Assembly (NCBI RefSeq): GCF_006345805.1
Contig: NC_043008.1
Coordinates: forward strand, 23,746,001-23,810,000
DNA from: Octopus sinensis
Lineage: Eukaryota
Direction: 5' to 3'
Length of the DNA: 64,000 nt
The stretch's first letter is position 1; each line of letters opens with the position of its first letter. The position numbers and the translations under genes are program-made. Below the pieces are notes generated by a model, which worked only from the letters and a program-made list of their open reading frames with translations, had not been told where the DNA came from and ran no database searches. Below, in pieces: positions 25,341 through 39,129 of this stretch.

Positions 25341-28337
25341 TATTGTCGTGGCGTTACTTATATTCCTTCTGGGGTAGTGGCGCACATTGGCTGGTAATAT
25401 GCTATACAGCTTCACCATTTCGTCCACAGATCCTGCACTTATCACTTTCTGATGTGTTGTCTACTCTGTATTTTATGTAGTTTGTTCTTAGTGCTTGCTC
25501 TTAGGCAGCAGAGATTAGAGCCTCCGTTTCCGGTTTTAAATTACTTTTAGTCATCCACAGCCATATTTTTTCTCTGTCTGTGTTATCTTCAACATCCCTA
25601 TGAAATAATCCAAGCATTTTTTGTTTACTCGCCTGTTTTCAGTTTCATTCGTTTTCAATTGCTTTTACAGTGCTTTATCTTTGCAATCTTTCATCCTACA
25701 CAAGCCTGACCTTCAGCGATTCTGTGATATTTTTTACATACCATGCTATGTTGTTTTCTTCTGCTTTAATGCTGTGTTCGCATCCAGTAAGTCTTCTTCC
25801 CCTTATTAGTCTTGGTACATATTGTCTGTCTCTGTCACTTTTTGGGTGGAGTGACCCATATCTAGTTAGCAACTTCCTTGTCTTTCTGTCTAAGCTGTTT
25901 AGTTCGTCTACTGTCCATGCGATTACTCCTGCTCCATAGTGAAACGTCTAAGTAGTGAAACCGTCCATGTGTTGATAGCTTCCATCTTATTTCGTCCGTT
26001 TAATTTCGACTTAAAGATCAGTCTCAGTCTGCGCAAGTACTCCACCTTGAATTTTTCTGTCGTTTCTTTCTCCATCAATTCATCCATTTCCAAAATCCCC
26101 AAGTACTCTTCTTTCTGCTTCATAACCTTCCCCGACGGTATCGTTAGCACGTTCATACATTGAATTTTGCTTCTCTTCAAGATTAATACAACATACTTTC
26201 TCAGTCCGAAATCCATTATGATATCAGCGCTGAAAGTATACACCATATCAACGAAGGAACTGACTTGGGATTTATCTTTACCATAAAGGTTGAGGTCATC
26301 CATGATTAACAAATGGTTGACTTTTTGTTGGTGGCTTTTGAATACATAACCAGCTTTTGCTTTCCTCATAATCAGTGTTAGTGGTATCAAGCACAGTAAA
26401 AAGATCAGTGGGAACAGGCAGTGTCCTTGGAAGACGTCCATCCTGATCTCTACCGTCCCTAAACTTCTTCCATATGTTGTTAGGTCCGTCCTGCAAATAT
26501 GCCATAATTTTTCCAAGCAATCGCTCAACATACGGTGCAATACCAAGTAGGTTCATACATTCCATTATCCAAGAGTGAGGAATCATATCGTACGCCTTAC
26601 GATAGTCGATCCATGACATGGCTAAATTACTTTTCCTCCTCTTGCAGTGTCTAACTACAGTTTTATATACCAGGAGTTGATCCTTGGTACCTCTGCACTT
26701 ACGCTTGCAACCCTTCTGTTCTGGCAGGACTCTGTTTGTTTTTCCAGATGCTCGTGCATTGACTCTGCGAGTATTCCAGTCAATAATTTCCACAAAAGTG
26801 GCAAACAGGTTATTGGCCTATATTTGTCTATCTTTTTCGATGTTTTACAGGCACAGCACTGTCCTACCAATGTCAACCATTCTGGTGTTACTAGGTCGGC
26901 ATTCAATAAGGTGTTGATTTGTGCAGCTATTCGTGCATGACATCCACCAAATCTTTTGATCCAGTAGCCTTGAAATCCACCTGGTCCTGTGGACTTCCAC
27001 TTGCTCATTTTTTTTTTTTTTTTGCTGATTTTCTTCACTTCCCTGACTGAAAAGGCTATTTCTGCCTTATTTGGACAGGCTACTGTTTGTTTCAGTTCCT
27101 GCAACCATTCACCATCTTTCTTGTGTTCCTTGTCTTTACTCCAGATGTCACTCCAAACACTTTTGACTTTCATTGTTATCTGGTATCAACGTTTCATCTG
27201 TACACTTTCCATTTATTTCTTTGTAGAATCTCATCTGATCTACTCTGAATAACCTATTCGGCTAGTAACACTTCATTCTTTGGTCGTATCTTACCATCTT
27301 TGGTTTCTTTTCAACGAGGAGCTATTTCAGTTCCTTCGTTTTCAGCGCCCTGCATTTCTGCTCGCTTTTAAGCACCCCTTTCTCTTTTCGGTGTAACACA
27401 GAAATGTCCTTCGAGAGCATATCTAACCCAGCCTGTATTCCTTTATTCGCCATGGGTCTTTTCTTTTGTCACTCCCATTATATTTCTTTTTCTTCACATC
27501 AATACCCGCATTTTCGGCTGCAACAATACTTGCTGCCTTGATAAAAATATTTGTTTCTCTGATGTTTGTTCTGATATATTTCAGAATATCATTGACATTT
27601 TTTGTTTCTTGGTTCAATTTCCGCCGGTCAACCTTTTTAAGGTTGCAGATAATGTCGCTATCGTTCTCCTGTAGTTTTGCCTTTATTCTGTCGTAGATTG
27701 CCTTTTGTTCATCTGTGATGTCGCTGTTAGTTTTATTGTCTTGTTTTAGATCATCTATATGTCTCTCATCAAGTAAACTACTACTGTTCCTTTCCTGTGC
27801 TATGAGATTATTTTTATCACTAATAACTGTATTTTCATCGTTATCTCTGCTGCTACTTTCCCAAACCCTTCTTTTGATGGCTTCGAGCTCTACTTTTGTG
27901 AGCCAACGTTTTTTACTTATTGCTCTAGTTTGATCACATAGTCTCTGTTCCGTGAGTTGAAACAAACCCTTTTCCCTCCAATGATCATACATACGTTGTC
28001 GATAGCCCATAATTTGAGCACCATTTTCATCTACCGGGTGCTAACACTCCATGACCACAGCATTAATTTGCTTGCTCCATATACGCCGAGTGTGGTGGTC
28101 CCTTTCTGGATATCGACAGGCTGGAGCTGGACCAGAATCGCTGAGCCTGCCTAATGCCACACTGTCCCCATTAATGGCTTCAGTTTCATTACCACCGTAA
28201 TTTACAATATTTTGTTTCTTCATTGTCACTCATTTGAGGTAGCGATTATCAAGTCGCGCAAATACCAGTGTTTTTATTGTGATACAATCACTAGATGTAT
28301 CATTAGTCTGGACATGGGGAGACTCCACCTGCTCCTT

Positions 28338-28340
<3 letters not shown>
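25341..28340 (-). mobile_element. R4/Dong-type LINE of a further family, 5' end present, 3' end lost
   Basis: [52 protein letters not shown]; begins at the (TTA)n tract at 28340. Confidence 0.9.
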
Positions 28341-28397
<57 letters not shown>

Positions 28398-28510
28398 TAT
28401 TATTATTATTATTATCATTATTATTATTATTATTATTAATATTATTATTATTATTATTATTGTTGTTGTTGTTGTTATTATCATCACCATCATCATCATC
28501 TTCATCATAG
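28340..28510 (+). repeat. (TTA)n/(TTG)n/(ATC)n microsatellite
   Basis: Direct reading. Confidence 0.95.
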
Positions 28511-28974
28511 ATATCACTGGTATCATTGTTTGGGACTCAGATTCCTGTGCTATCAGAATAGTAGAAGTTGTAGTATTTGTAGTATTAGCAGCTGCAGCAT
28601 TATCCTTATTTTTATCTTTATCCTTATAACCATCATCACCACTACTACTGCTATTATCATTATTACTATTTCCATTTAAAAGATTTTATTAAATGTTCTT
28701 TATTTTCAACATTTGTCTTGTACTTGAGATAATCATAAATATGTAGTTGTTGAAATAAATAGTTGGGGGGAATAGCAGCTTGGTGAATTGATCAAATTCT
28801 ATAGGTCTATAAATACATTCGGCAGTTGGTGGTGAGGCCACACATAGAGACAAAGGAATCTTCGCATCTTTTGGGTTAGTAGAGGTCAAATGTGTTTACT
28901 ACTACCAGCGACCACTGAGAGCGCTGTCTTTGACCTTGAGAAGAAGCAATTCAACCTGTTTTATTTGTAATTAC

Positions 28975-30050
28975 TGTTAATCTCACAACCCGGCTCGTTC
29001 CCCTGCTCCCGCCCACGCTCCGAACTTCCCGTTACCTCTCCAATACCACCCTCCTCATCGGCACCCATCATCGACCCTATCATGTCACCGACTCCTTCAC
29101 CTGCACTTCTATCAATGTTATGTACTGCATCTTCTGCTCTCTCTGCCCTTCTCTATACATCGGGCAAACGGGACGCCGCTTGGCTGACCGGTTTGCGGAA
29201 CACCTCCGAGACATCCGACTCGGCAATGACACCCCGGTCTCGCACCATTTCCGCTATACCGGTCACTCTTTGAAACACCTGTCTGTGTTCAGATTGTTCT
29301 TGCAAAGGGGCCATTCAGACTCCCGTTTTCGCCGTAACAGGGATTAATCTTCACTCTTCGAACCTTTGCACAACGTGGGCTCAACTCTCCTCCCCTCTTC
29401 ATCTAACCCTCCTCCTCTCTCCTCTCTCTCTCTCACACCTACTTCCTCCCACCCAACTCTCCTCTCTTGCTCCGACTCCTACTTCTCTTCACACCTAATC
29501 TCCTCTCTTCTCTTCACTCTTACCCATCTTCTTCCTTCCCCCTATCACTTCATAGTCACCCCTCTCTCGTAACCCCACCCCTACACAATCCAACTCACAG
29601 CCTAACCCACATACCCCACTTCTACCTCCACCTCAGCCTAACCCACACCCCACTCTTGCTTTCCCCACTCCCGCCTCCCCCACATCCCAACACCACAACA
29701 CACCACACACCACCACACTATACACCACCATACCACGCGACACCACATCAGTTCACACAACTACGCACCAACTACCACTGACCACTTCTCAGTCCTACAC
29801 CATCATCCACACACCTACACATACACACACACACGCACATGTCAAGGTCATCAGCCCTCTTCCACACGCACACACATGCTCTCTTATATACACGCACCTT
29901 CGTTTTGGGATCACCACTACGTTATTATCTCCCCTTTTTCTTAGCTCTCCTGTGTGACCCTCTGTCTGGCATTCGCCATGATAGATCGCTAGCCACTAAA
30001 CATTCTTTATTTTCTCTTGTTTCTTTCTGTGTTCCTTTCTGTGGAAGAAC
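28975..30050 (+). mobile_element. Penelope-like element 3' fragment (GIY-YIG and 3' UTR)
   Basis: SFTCTSINVMYCIFCSLCPSLYIGQTGRRLADRFAEH at ~29090-29210. Confidence 0.85.
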
Positions 30051-30114
30051 GTCAGATTCTAATACTCCTAGATACTTATAACTATCTCCTCCTTTCAGTG
30101 ATTTTAATGTCTGG

Positions 30115-30166
<52 letters not shown>

Positions 30167-30188
30167 ATCATCATCATCATCATCATCA

Positions 30189-30223
<35 letters not shown>

Positions 30224-30225
30224 TA

Positions 30226-30460
30226 AGACGTCGCACAGTATCCAATATCATGATGTTGTTGATTGAAGATATCGTGTCTACTGGGGGCTTGTACTATCTG
30301 TCAAGTCGTAACAAGGTCCTCAAACAGACAATACTTTACGCAATATGCGTGCAGTTCCACGTAATGCCGATTTTTGCAAAACACCTAAATTGTAAGGTAT
30401 TTCTAAAACTTCCAGATGTTTCTGTAGGTTGGGTGATATTGAGCCCAATGCACCCATGAA
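30226..30460 (-). mobile_element. short 3' fragment of RLE LINE
   Basis: GALGSI..LQKSALRGTARILRKVLSV*, between (TTA)n tracts. Confidence 0.75.
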
Positions 30461-30462
30461 AA

Positions 30463-30499
<37 letters not shown>

Positions 30500-31054
30500 G
30501 AGTGAGAGAGCAGTGCATGCCATCAAAGTGACACTGGGTTAAAATATACGAAGCCCAATATACCCATCATGACTACCCGTCTGATAAGTGTACACCAGGC
30601 ACATGCATCACAACCAAATGTCCGCAACATGGTGATCTCATATCAAGATAAACAGCACATGACCTTGTAGGTGGGGCCCTATTAGAATTTTCTTCTGGTT
30701 AAGTAGCCCATCCTACTCAAAAGGTTCCTGAATAAAGGTTGTTTAAGGATGGTAAACAAAATATTAAAGTTTCTAGAGGTGAGTTATTCAAACTCCAAAT
30801 AATTCCTCTCAACACATGGCTTTTATGCTCCTCCATTACTTCTGCTCGTGATCAGAGATTCCCGTATCGTCAACTACTAAGGGACATGTTCAACTGATTA
30901 AAGTCAAGCAACTGACGAGAAAATTTGTGGTATTGAGTAGAATATTTGCTGAAGAGCATCTTTTATATCAAGGCAAAACAAGTACATGATAACACTTCCA
31001 AACATTGAAGAGAAAAAAAACCATGAGATCTACTGCCTGGTACTGCATCAGGAC
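30500..31054 (-). mobile_element. ~555-bp (TAA)n-associated element, copy 2 (more diverged)
   Basis: End-to-end homology with 10086-10640; (TTA)n both sides. Confidence 0.88.
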
Positions 31055-31078
31055 ATTTATTATTATTATTATTATTAT

Positions 31079-32709
31079 TCTATGTTTGACTTTTGCTTTA
31101 TATTTGTACAAGTTGGCTCCAAGTCTCACCCAGAGACCTCAAGAGACAACAGGGTTGGAAGTTCATGTTGTTGTTATGCCTAGTGTGCCATATATTTGGG
31201 GGGTGGGGATGTTGTACTAATGAATGTCTAAAAAAAAAGTTTATTTTTTTTATTTTTTTATTTTTTTTTTTAACCGAAAATTATGGTTGTTTTAAACCTT
31301 GAGGTTACATAGAGAGTATTTTGCGTAGGATATGAGCAGTTCCCATGAGCACTATCTTTTGAACTTCTGCCATTTTTGGGTTTCCTGGTATCTGAGTTAG
31401 GTAGCTATCAGCCCCTTTTGCTATCATTCCCAGGGCACCTATGACAACAGGTATTGTTTTAGTCTTCAGCTTCCACATTTTGCTGATTTCTATTTCAAGA
31501 TCTTTATATTTGCTCAGTTTTTGGTAGGTCCTGACAGATACGTTTATATCGATTGGGACAGTCATATCAATGAGGAGGCATGTTCTTTGTTTGAAGTCTT
31601 TCAATATGATGTCTGGCCTATTTGCATCTATCTTCCTGTCAGTTTGAATGTTGAAGTTCCAGAGGAGTGAGATGTGGTCATTTTCAAGCACTGGGGGTGG
31701 TTTGTGTTCCCACCAGTTTTTTTTCATGGGGCAAATCCAGGTTTTTACAGATTACCCAGTGAATATATTGTGTAGCTCTATCGTGCCTGTTGAGATACTC
31801 TGTAGGCGCTAGAAGACTGCACTTGGAGACCACATGGTCAATGGTTTCATTTTGTTGCTTGCATACACGACACGTTGGACTGCTTCTGATCTTTAATATG
31901 TTGGCCTGGTAGTTTCTTGTTGGTAGGCATTGATCTTGAGCTGCTATGATAAACCCCTCTGTTTCAGATTTTAAGCCAGAGGCCATTAGCCATTGATGGG
32001 TCAGGGCTTTGTCGATATCTGCATTATTCGCTCTCTTTGGGTATTTGCCATAGAGAGGTTTTTCTTGCCATTTATTATTCAGAATATCTAAGGCCGCAGT
32101 TTTGGCACGGGTTTTCATGCGCCTAGCTTTTTCTGTGCTTGTTTATTGTATGTCTATCTCTAATTCCGAAATTGGTTGTATTCGGAATTCACTTAGATAT
32201 TCCTTTGCCTGTTTTGTGACTGAGTATGATGCTTTCTTGTTTTCATGTTTTGAGACAAGTTTTAACATCCAGTCCTCAGAGTTTTTCAGGTAGGTGTCTA
32301 GGCCAATTGTAGCAATCTTCATTGTTATTGCCATTGCAAAAGACCACGGCCTCCCTCTTTTCTTGGCAGATAGAGTCGTTCTGTATCTGCCTTAGGGTGG
32401 TGCATTCTATGCATTGTCAACAGTTTCCTTATTTTTCTGTCGAGCTGACATATTTCAGTAATTGACCAGTTAACAATATTGAAACTGTAAGTCACGACTG
32501 GTATAGCTAATGCATTGATTGCTTCGATCCTGTTTCTTGCATTCAGCTCTGTCTTGAGTATTGCTCTCACTCTTCGATAGCATTCTCTCCTGATCCTTTC
32601 CTTCATCTCTGAATGCCTTATTCCGTTCCCTTCAATTACCCCTAGGTACTTGTAGCTCTCCGCTGGGTCTAGTTCTTTTATGACATTCTGTTGGTCAAGG
32701 TTAACGTTA

Positions 32710-32710
<1 letters not shown>
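31079..32710 (-). mobile_element. 5'-truncated R4/Dong LINE, nearly identical to 19318-20928
   Basis: Same 3' UTR, RLE and CCHC sequence; (TTA)n both sides. Confidence 0.95.
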
Positions 32711-32769
<59 letters not shown>

Positions 32770-32772
<3 letters not shown>

Positions 32773-33407
32773 TAGTTTTATTTTTATTTTTATAGCGTGC
32801 TTTCACTTCACTACCGAGCGCAGCTCTGTGTGCCTTGGGTATGTGCTGTGATTTGTTGTGATGCTCTGATGGTTATTGTATGGAAAGTGTTCTGCGTAGG
32901 ATGTGTGCAGTGCCTAGTTGTGCAATTTTCTGTATGTTATATGTGTTTGTAAGTCCTGGTGTTTTTGTTATGTATTTGTCTGAATATTTTTTTATCATGC
33001 CTAATGCACCTACTATGATAGGAATTGTTTCTGTTTTCAGATTCCACATTCTAGTTACCTCTATTTCCAGGTCTTTGTATTTTGAGAGTTTCTCCATTTC
33101 TTTTAGAGACACGTTGTCATCTGCCGGTACTGATACATCAATTAGAAAGCATTTTTTTTCTTCATGGTCTCTGACAACTATATCTGGTCTGTTGGCCTTA
33201 ATTTCTCTATCTGTGTGTATCGGCATATCCCAGAGTATGGTTGCTTTCTCGTTTTCTGTGACCTTTTCTGGTGTGTGCCTATACCATCTTTTTTCTGTTG
33301 TTATTCCATAATGTTGGCATAGCTTCCAATGTATGTAAGTTCCAACTCTGTCATGTCTGTGAATATATTCCTTCTTAGCCAGGACTGGGCAGCTAGAGAT
33401 AATATGA

Positions 33408-33410
<3 letters not shown>
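32770..33410 (-). mobile_element. 5'-truncated copy of the 22998 LINE family
   Basis: NRPDIVVRDHEEKKCFLIDVSVP; 3' UTR matches 22998-23100. Confidence 0.92.
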
Positions 33411-33476
<66 letters not shown>

Positions 33477-33482
33477 CAAGTG

Positions 33483-33790
33483 AAGGCGCATGGCTCAATG
33501 GTTAGAGCGTCGAGCTTACGATCGTGAGGTTGTGAGCTCGAATCCCGGTCTGGGCTGCGTGTTGTGTTCTTGAGCAAAGCACTTTGTTTCACGTTGCTCC
33601 AGTTCACTCAGCTGTAGAAATGAGTTGCGACGTCACAGGTGCCAAGCTGTATCGACCTTTGTCTTTCCCTTGGATAAACACTGTTGGCGTGGAGAGGGGA
33701 GGCTGGTATGCATGGGCGACTGCTGGTCTTCCATAAACAACCTTGCCTGGACTTGTGTCTAGGAAGGTAACTTTCTAGGTGCAATCCCAT
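33483..33790 (+). mobile_element. tRNA-headed SINE with CORE-like central region
   Basis: A box tggctcaatggttagagcg, B box gctcgaatccc, then tgtgttcttgagcaaagcacttt. Confidence 0.85.
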
Positions 33791-34399
33791 TATTATCATC
33801 ATCATCATCATCATCATCGTTTTCAATGTACTAGAAACACGTACTCAAAAGCGGTCCGTAAGTTTATTTTTGGTTTGTTTATTTAGAGAATTTTATCATT
33901 AGTTTTGATATGTTTCATTTCTAAGCTAACCAGAACACCATCACACTGTTTGATTTCTTTTTCGTTTTTTTTTCTGTTCCATTTTGTTTAGTAAAATTTG
34001 GGAAATACTACTTCCATGTATTTTCTTTTGAAGCAAATATTAAATGAAAACGAACGGAAAACGGAAGCAATTAGTAACTCAAAGTTTACCTTTAACTCTA
34101 TAGACGAAGAATTTACTCTTCTCATACACTATCACCAAAGTGACAAGTGGTAGTTGCAGCAGCAACAACAAATGTAACCGCAACATACTAAAAGAAAAGA
34201 TGAGCAACCACATGTCACTACCACCATCAAATAGTGACAAGATCAACGATACTATTACTACTCACTCTAACGACACCTTCAGTACATCACTGGAACATGA
34301 AGTCAGAAGTATCTGCATATTATAACTTTCGTGTACATTCTCTGATTCGATTTTTCCAGCGCCTTTTTTTCTCTCTTTTTGTTTTTTGCAGCGGTAGTT

Positions 34400-35290
34400 C
34401 AAGAGAAGCTTAGACTGAAGCAGAATGCCGGGCACCAAGAGTGTGGTCAGGCGTCCACAGCCCTATCCCAGATGGGCAATCTTGTCAGTGTAAATTCCAC
34501 TTTCGCGTACTACAGATATCTCGTAGATCCAGGATGTCGATGAAAATCAGTTAGCTGATCTATTCTGGAGGGCTTCCGCGCCAGAGCGCATGGATAATTC
34601 CCAGAAATCTCTGTCCTTGCAGTGCTATCAAGGAAAATTGCCGCTTCAGGATAAGCTCTACAAACACGGATATGTTGTCAGCCTTAACCTGCTCCAGATT
34701 CGCCAACGCTGCTGACTTGAGTGCCCAAACATAACTGACTTGAGCTGTTATAACGAACACCTGTTGTATGCAGGACTGATCTGACTATTAGCTGAATTGA
34801 TTATCTCACCTCTTTCCTTCGGGAATAACAGGCAATCTTCGTCTGCCTTGTGCTCCAGCGAAAGTGGATGCGTAATGGATAAGATGGAAATGACTGAAGA
34901 CACGTTTCTCTTTGGCCAGCCTCCATTAACTCTTTCAAGTTTCACTTGAAATGGAAAGCGACGGTGAAGAGTGAAGTCGAAAATGAAGTGCTGCCTCCCA
35001 GAAAATTCGCTGAATGGTGGATTACGAATAGCAAGGATGGTTCGAGCCGTACTGGTTTGCTCTGAGTATGTGCTTGTAGACTGAGAGAGGAAAATGGATA
35101 ACTCTAGTCAGAGTGACCATCGTTTTGTGGAATCTCCTTGAGCACAGTCGAAGGTTTCTACCCTTTTAGGGAATTATCTTATGGAATTTTTCATTTTTTT
35201 TTAGTTATTTTACTGTTTACACGTATATGTAATCAATTGTATCGTCTTATATCTTTCAAGACCGTTCTTATGATTGAAACAAAAAGACAT
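34400..35290 (+). mobile_element. L1/Tx1-clade ORF2 C-terminal remnant
   Basis: CYQGKLPLQDKLYKHG..TCSR (zf-RVT-like) near 34620-34700, FKFHLKWK near 34935. Confidence 0.55.
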
Positions 35291-36155
35291 TATTAAGTAT
35301 ATCTCATTATATTGTACTTTGAATTTAGTGATTTTTAGTCAACGTCGCCAAAAAATGAAAAGGTTATTAATAATAAATGTTTCTAATTTTGGTCCAAGGC
35401 CAACAAATTTAGGGGGAAGTGCTTAATCTATTACATTGGATTCTAGTACTCGACTGGTACTTTATACATCCCTAGAGCATGAAATGAATAGTGTGTGCCG
35501 GGGTCAGTGGAATCATCTGAGACCATCCTCCTAAAATTGATAGAAAAAAATGCTTTGTGGTATTTACTTGCTCCGACATTTCATATTCTAAATTATGCCC
35601 GAATAACAAACTTAAGGGTGGTGAGCTGTTACAGCTCAGAACTGTTAGAGCGCCAAACAAAATGTCTTGCAGTATCTATTAAGGCTAATTATGACGACTT
35701 TGAGAAATACGCCTCTCGAGGCCGACCCGGGATAGGCGTAGAGGCAGTGTTGTTTCGGATTGGCCTCAGCCTATAGATATAGCCGATCTTTCTGGGTCAG
35801 GACAATAAGCTGGTGGTCCTAAACGTGAACAGTAACGAAGTTGAATCTTTTAAACCAGTTAGTACATATCCGGCTGAGCGGGTGGCCAGATTACTTCAGC
35901 CATCTGGAGATTTGCTCTTTAGTGCTGTGGAGACTTGGAAGAACACTGTATTGGATGCACCTCACGATTGTGTGGAGTTAGCTGATAAGAACAGGAAGTA
36001 TACATGCCTAGAAATACAGCCCAATAATTTCTAACTGGTTGACAGGTACAGATTCAATTTATTTCTCCAATGCTCCAATGTAGGCGCAAACAACATCATG
36101 TCATCCATTTCTTTTCTAGATTGAGTATTCTTCAGATAATGATAGCATATGTGGC

Positions 36156-38940
36156 TTTTATATCCTGTGGTGTATATATAATATAACGAAGCAAGAAGAA
36201 AGTATATATACGACACACTACCATTATTAATTACACGAGACTCAGCACTCTCTACCAACGACTCACAGCAAACTGCTTACCAACCCGAACTCCAATCACT
36301 CACAGTTCTTCACTTTATAACAATGAGTCAGTCCACCTTTAGTCACTTCGGGGGAGACGGATCGGAGTCCTTTCACAACATCTCCCCTTTTTAGAATTAG
36401 TCCCCTCTCACTTCTCGTCTTTTGAGAATTGAACTCCGCTCCGAGTTTTAATATCTCTTATGCTTAGAGTTCGATTACAGTGTTTCCGTTCTTTTCCGTT
36501 TTCTGGTGATAGAACGTGTAGTTTCAAATCTTTTGGTGTTGATACCTCAAACGTGTCGTACAATACTTCCACGGGTATTTTATTTCTCGTAACTGTTTTT
36601 TCCATTAATCATTTTTTAAAGTTTTGTATTTTGTGTTCGATATTTTTTACTTTTACCAGGAATATCATTCTTCCACTTTGTTTAATAATTAAAAAACTTT
36701 TTTTTATCTAATTTGAAAAATTTTGAAATATTTTTGTTGTTTGCCTATCTTTTTAAATTTTCACTTGATATCAACTTATCAAAGACGGATCTGAGCTTTC
36801 TAACAAGCATCAAAGTTGCGGGTGACATTCCCGACAGTGTATTCGGACTAGGTGCTACACGGTACACTCTTAGAAATTATTGAAGTGCAAAATCGTCCAT
36901 CACTTCATTGTTCGCTTTTATCAATGCCCCCTTGAAAGTGACAGCAAAACGTTCCGCTTGTCAAATGACCTAGGATGATAGGGCGGAGTGGTTTACATGT
37001 TCGGTGACGAACATTTTACTAAATTTTCTTAACTTGTCTGGCGTAAATTGAGTTCCATCATCGGAGACAGTGGTATCCAGAATACCATACCTGGCGAACA
37101 ATTCGTGTAAAAAAACTCATTGTAACCGCAGATGTCGGTTATTTACATGTATGCACTTCCAGCCACTTTGAAAAACTGTCCACCACACAAGGTAATTTGA
37201 AGCCTTAAGTGAACCCTTAAGGGGACACTTTTCTTCACTCAAAGTAAAGCCGTAATCCCTAATATTTTCGAATACATATTTTACGTGCTATACGTGAATC
37301 CCTGGATTCACTTTTAATGAGTATATCATCCAGATATGAAATTGTGAATTTAGTCCGCTAACATTGCATCTATAATCTGTTGAAAAGGCGTTGGTGCAAC
37401 TTTTAAGCCATATGGTAACCTGTTGTATTTATACAATTTTTTATGTTTGTTAATTGTTAGATATTTAGAGCATTCGTTCTCTACTCTAATTTGTAGGTAC
37501 ACGTCAGAGAGATCCAATTTAGAAAATATCTTGCCGCCGTTTAATTTCGCAAAAATATCATCTGGAGATGGCGGATAGTGGCACGTTTTAAGACATTCGT
37601 TTAAACCAGTGGAGAAATCAGCACACACTCTGATTTTATTATTCTTTTCTTATCGTACACATTTGGTGATGCCCATTGACTACATTCCACTTTTTGGATA
37701 ACTTCAATTTTTTTCTAGTCTCTCTCTAAGTTTATCTGTTCTAACACTGCGAATGGTACAGTTCGTTTTTGTTTAAACACTGGTATATAGTTTTCTTTAA
37801 TTTGAAACCGCGCCTTAGTTTTTGTACACAGACCTAATTTATCAGACAGGACTTTAAATATTTTCTTTTCAATTCGTTTGACGACATATTTTTGCTGGAT
37901 GAAAAACAATTCACATTATTACAGAAAAGATTTATGGGGAGGTCCCATAGGTTAAATAATTCCATCTAATCAGTACTGAATAAATTTGTGGTATTATTTA
38001 ACACAAAAACTTTAGCTTTTAAGTTTTTTCACGAAATGTAATATTACTTATCAATTCGCCCTTGAAATATATTTTTTTCGTGAAACACCACAGGCAATTT
38101 TCGAAGTTTTATCTAATTTAGGTCTCTTGATCTTTTTCCATGTGTCTATGTTAATTATTAAGATGTCACTGCCTGAATCCAATTGTAACTTTACATACAC
38201 AAATTTTCTTTGAGGCTTGCTCGTATTTTTTCTTACCGATAATCCGTTTACGCGTTTTTTTCTTTTAAACTCCCTATTGGTTCTGCCCTACAGCGCGACA
38301 TTTTATGGCCTATTTTACCACATTTGAAGCATTTCATATTTTTTTACACGCGTAACAATTAAATTAATTTAACAATTAAGAAAAAAAAATTAGGGTTAGA
38401 GTTAGGGTTAGGGTGAGGTTTAGGGTTAGTGACAGGATGTTGTCTCGGTTTTAGACGCAGCAAATGATTTTAGCTCAATTAGAGGCAATTGATTGGTTAA
38501 AATTCGAAAAATTAAATTATATTAAACAAACGAATTACAATTTTATCAAGAAAGCCAAGAGAAAAAAATGTTTTATTTTGACACATTCTACCAGTATACG
38601 AAGTTTTAAAGTGTTTAGTTAACTAGAAATTGTGTGCCGTTCAAAAGGAAAAGATCCACTTTTTCTTTGGTTTCGTACCATAAAAAAATTTAAACGTCCA
38701 ACGCAAGCTTTGAACAACTCGTCGCCACTTTTATATCCTTGTTGGATGTATAATCAAACGAAGCAGGGTGGAGGGAAGAAAGTATATACACGACACACTG
38801 CCATTACTATTACACACGTATCAACGCTCTGTGTCAGTGACTCATAGCGAACTGCTAACCAACCGAAACTCCATCCCTCACAGTTTTTCAACAGTGTGTC
38901 AGTCCACCTTTAGTCACTTGGTCGGAATCCTTCCACAACA
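36156..38940 (-). mobile_element. Gypsy LTR retrotransposon, internally deleted
   Basis: LTRs 36156-36380 and 38729-38940; PBS tggcgacgagtt (rc of ~38716-38727); PPT aaaaaggggaga (rc of 36381-36392); TSD gtggc/gaggc; gag CFKCGKIGH, protease LDSGSD, RT CADFSTGLN..FSKLDLSD..YLDD, integrase VSDDGTQF. Confidence 0.92.
38390..38429 (+). repeat. short degenerate (TTAGGG)n tract inside an insertion in the Gypsy element
   Basis: ttagggttagagttagggttagggtgaggtttagggttag. Confidence 0.85.
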
Positions 38941-39129
38941 GAGGCCCACATTATAAAGTGATCGGCTAAATAAACTATAATCAATACGGCCAACTTAAAT
39001 ACGCTGCATAGACAGAAACCGATTATTGAAAATTGGAAACCGGTTACTAAAAATTCAAAGTTTAGAAAACTAGCTAAGAAGTAATTGCCGTACGAGCATC
39101 ATTTTCACATGTCAGATTTATTCAGTGGC

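Noticed and set aside
33483-33570. tRNA gene
   Set aside because: A/B boxes run into a SINE body; no closing acceptor stem
38390-38429. True telomere or chromosome fusion scar
   Set aside because: Only ~40 bp, degenerate, one orientation, inside a transposon
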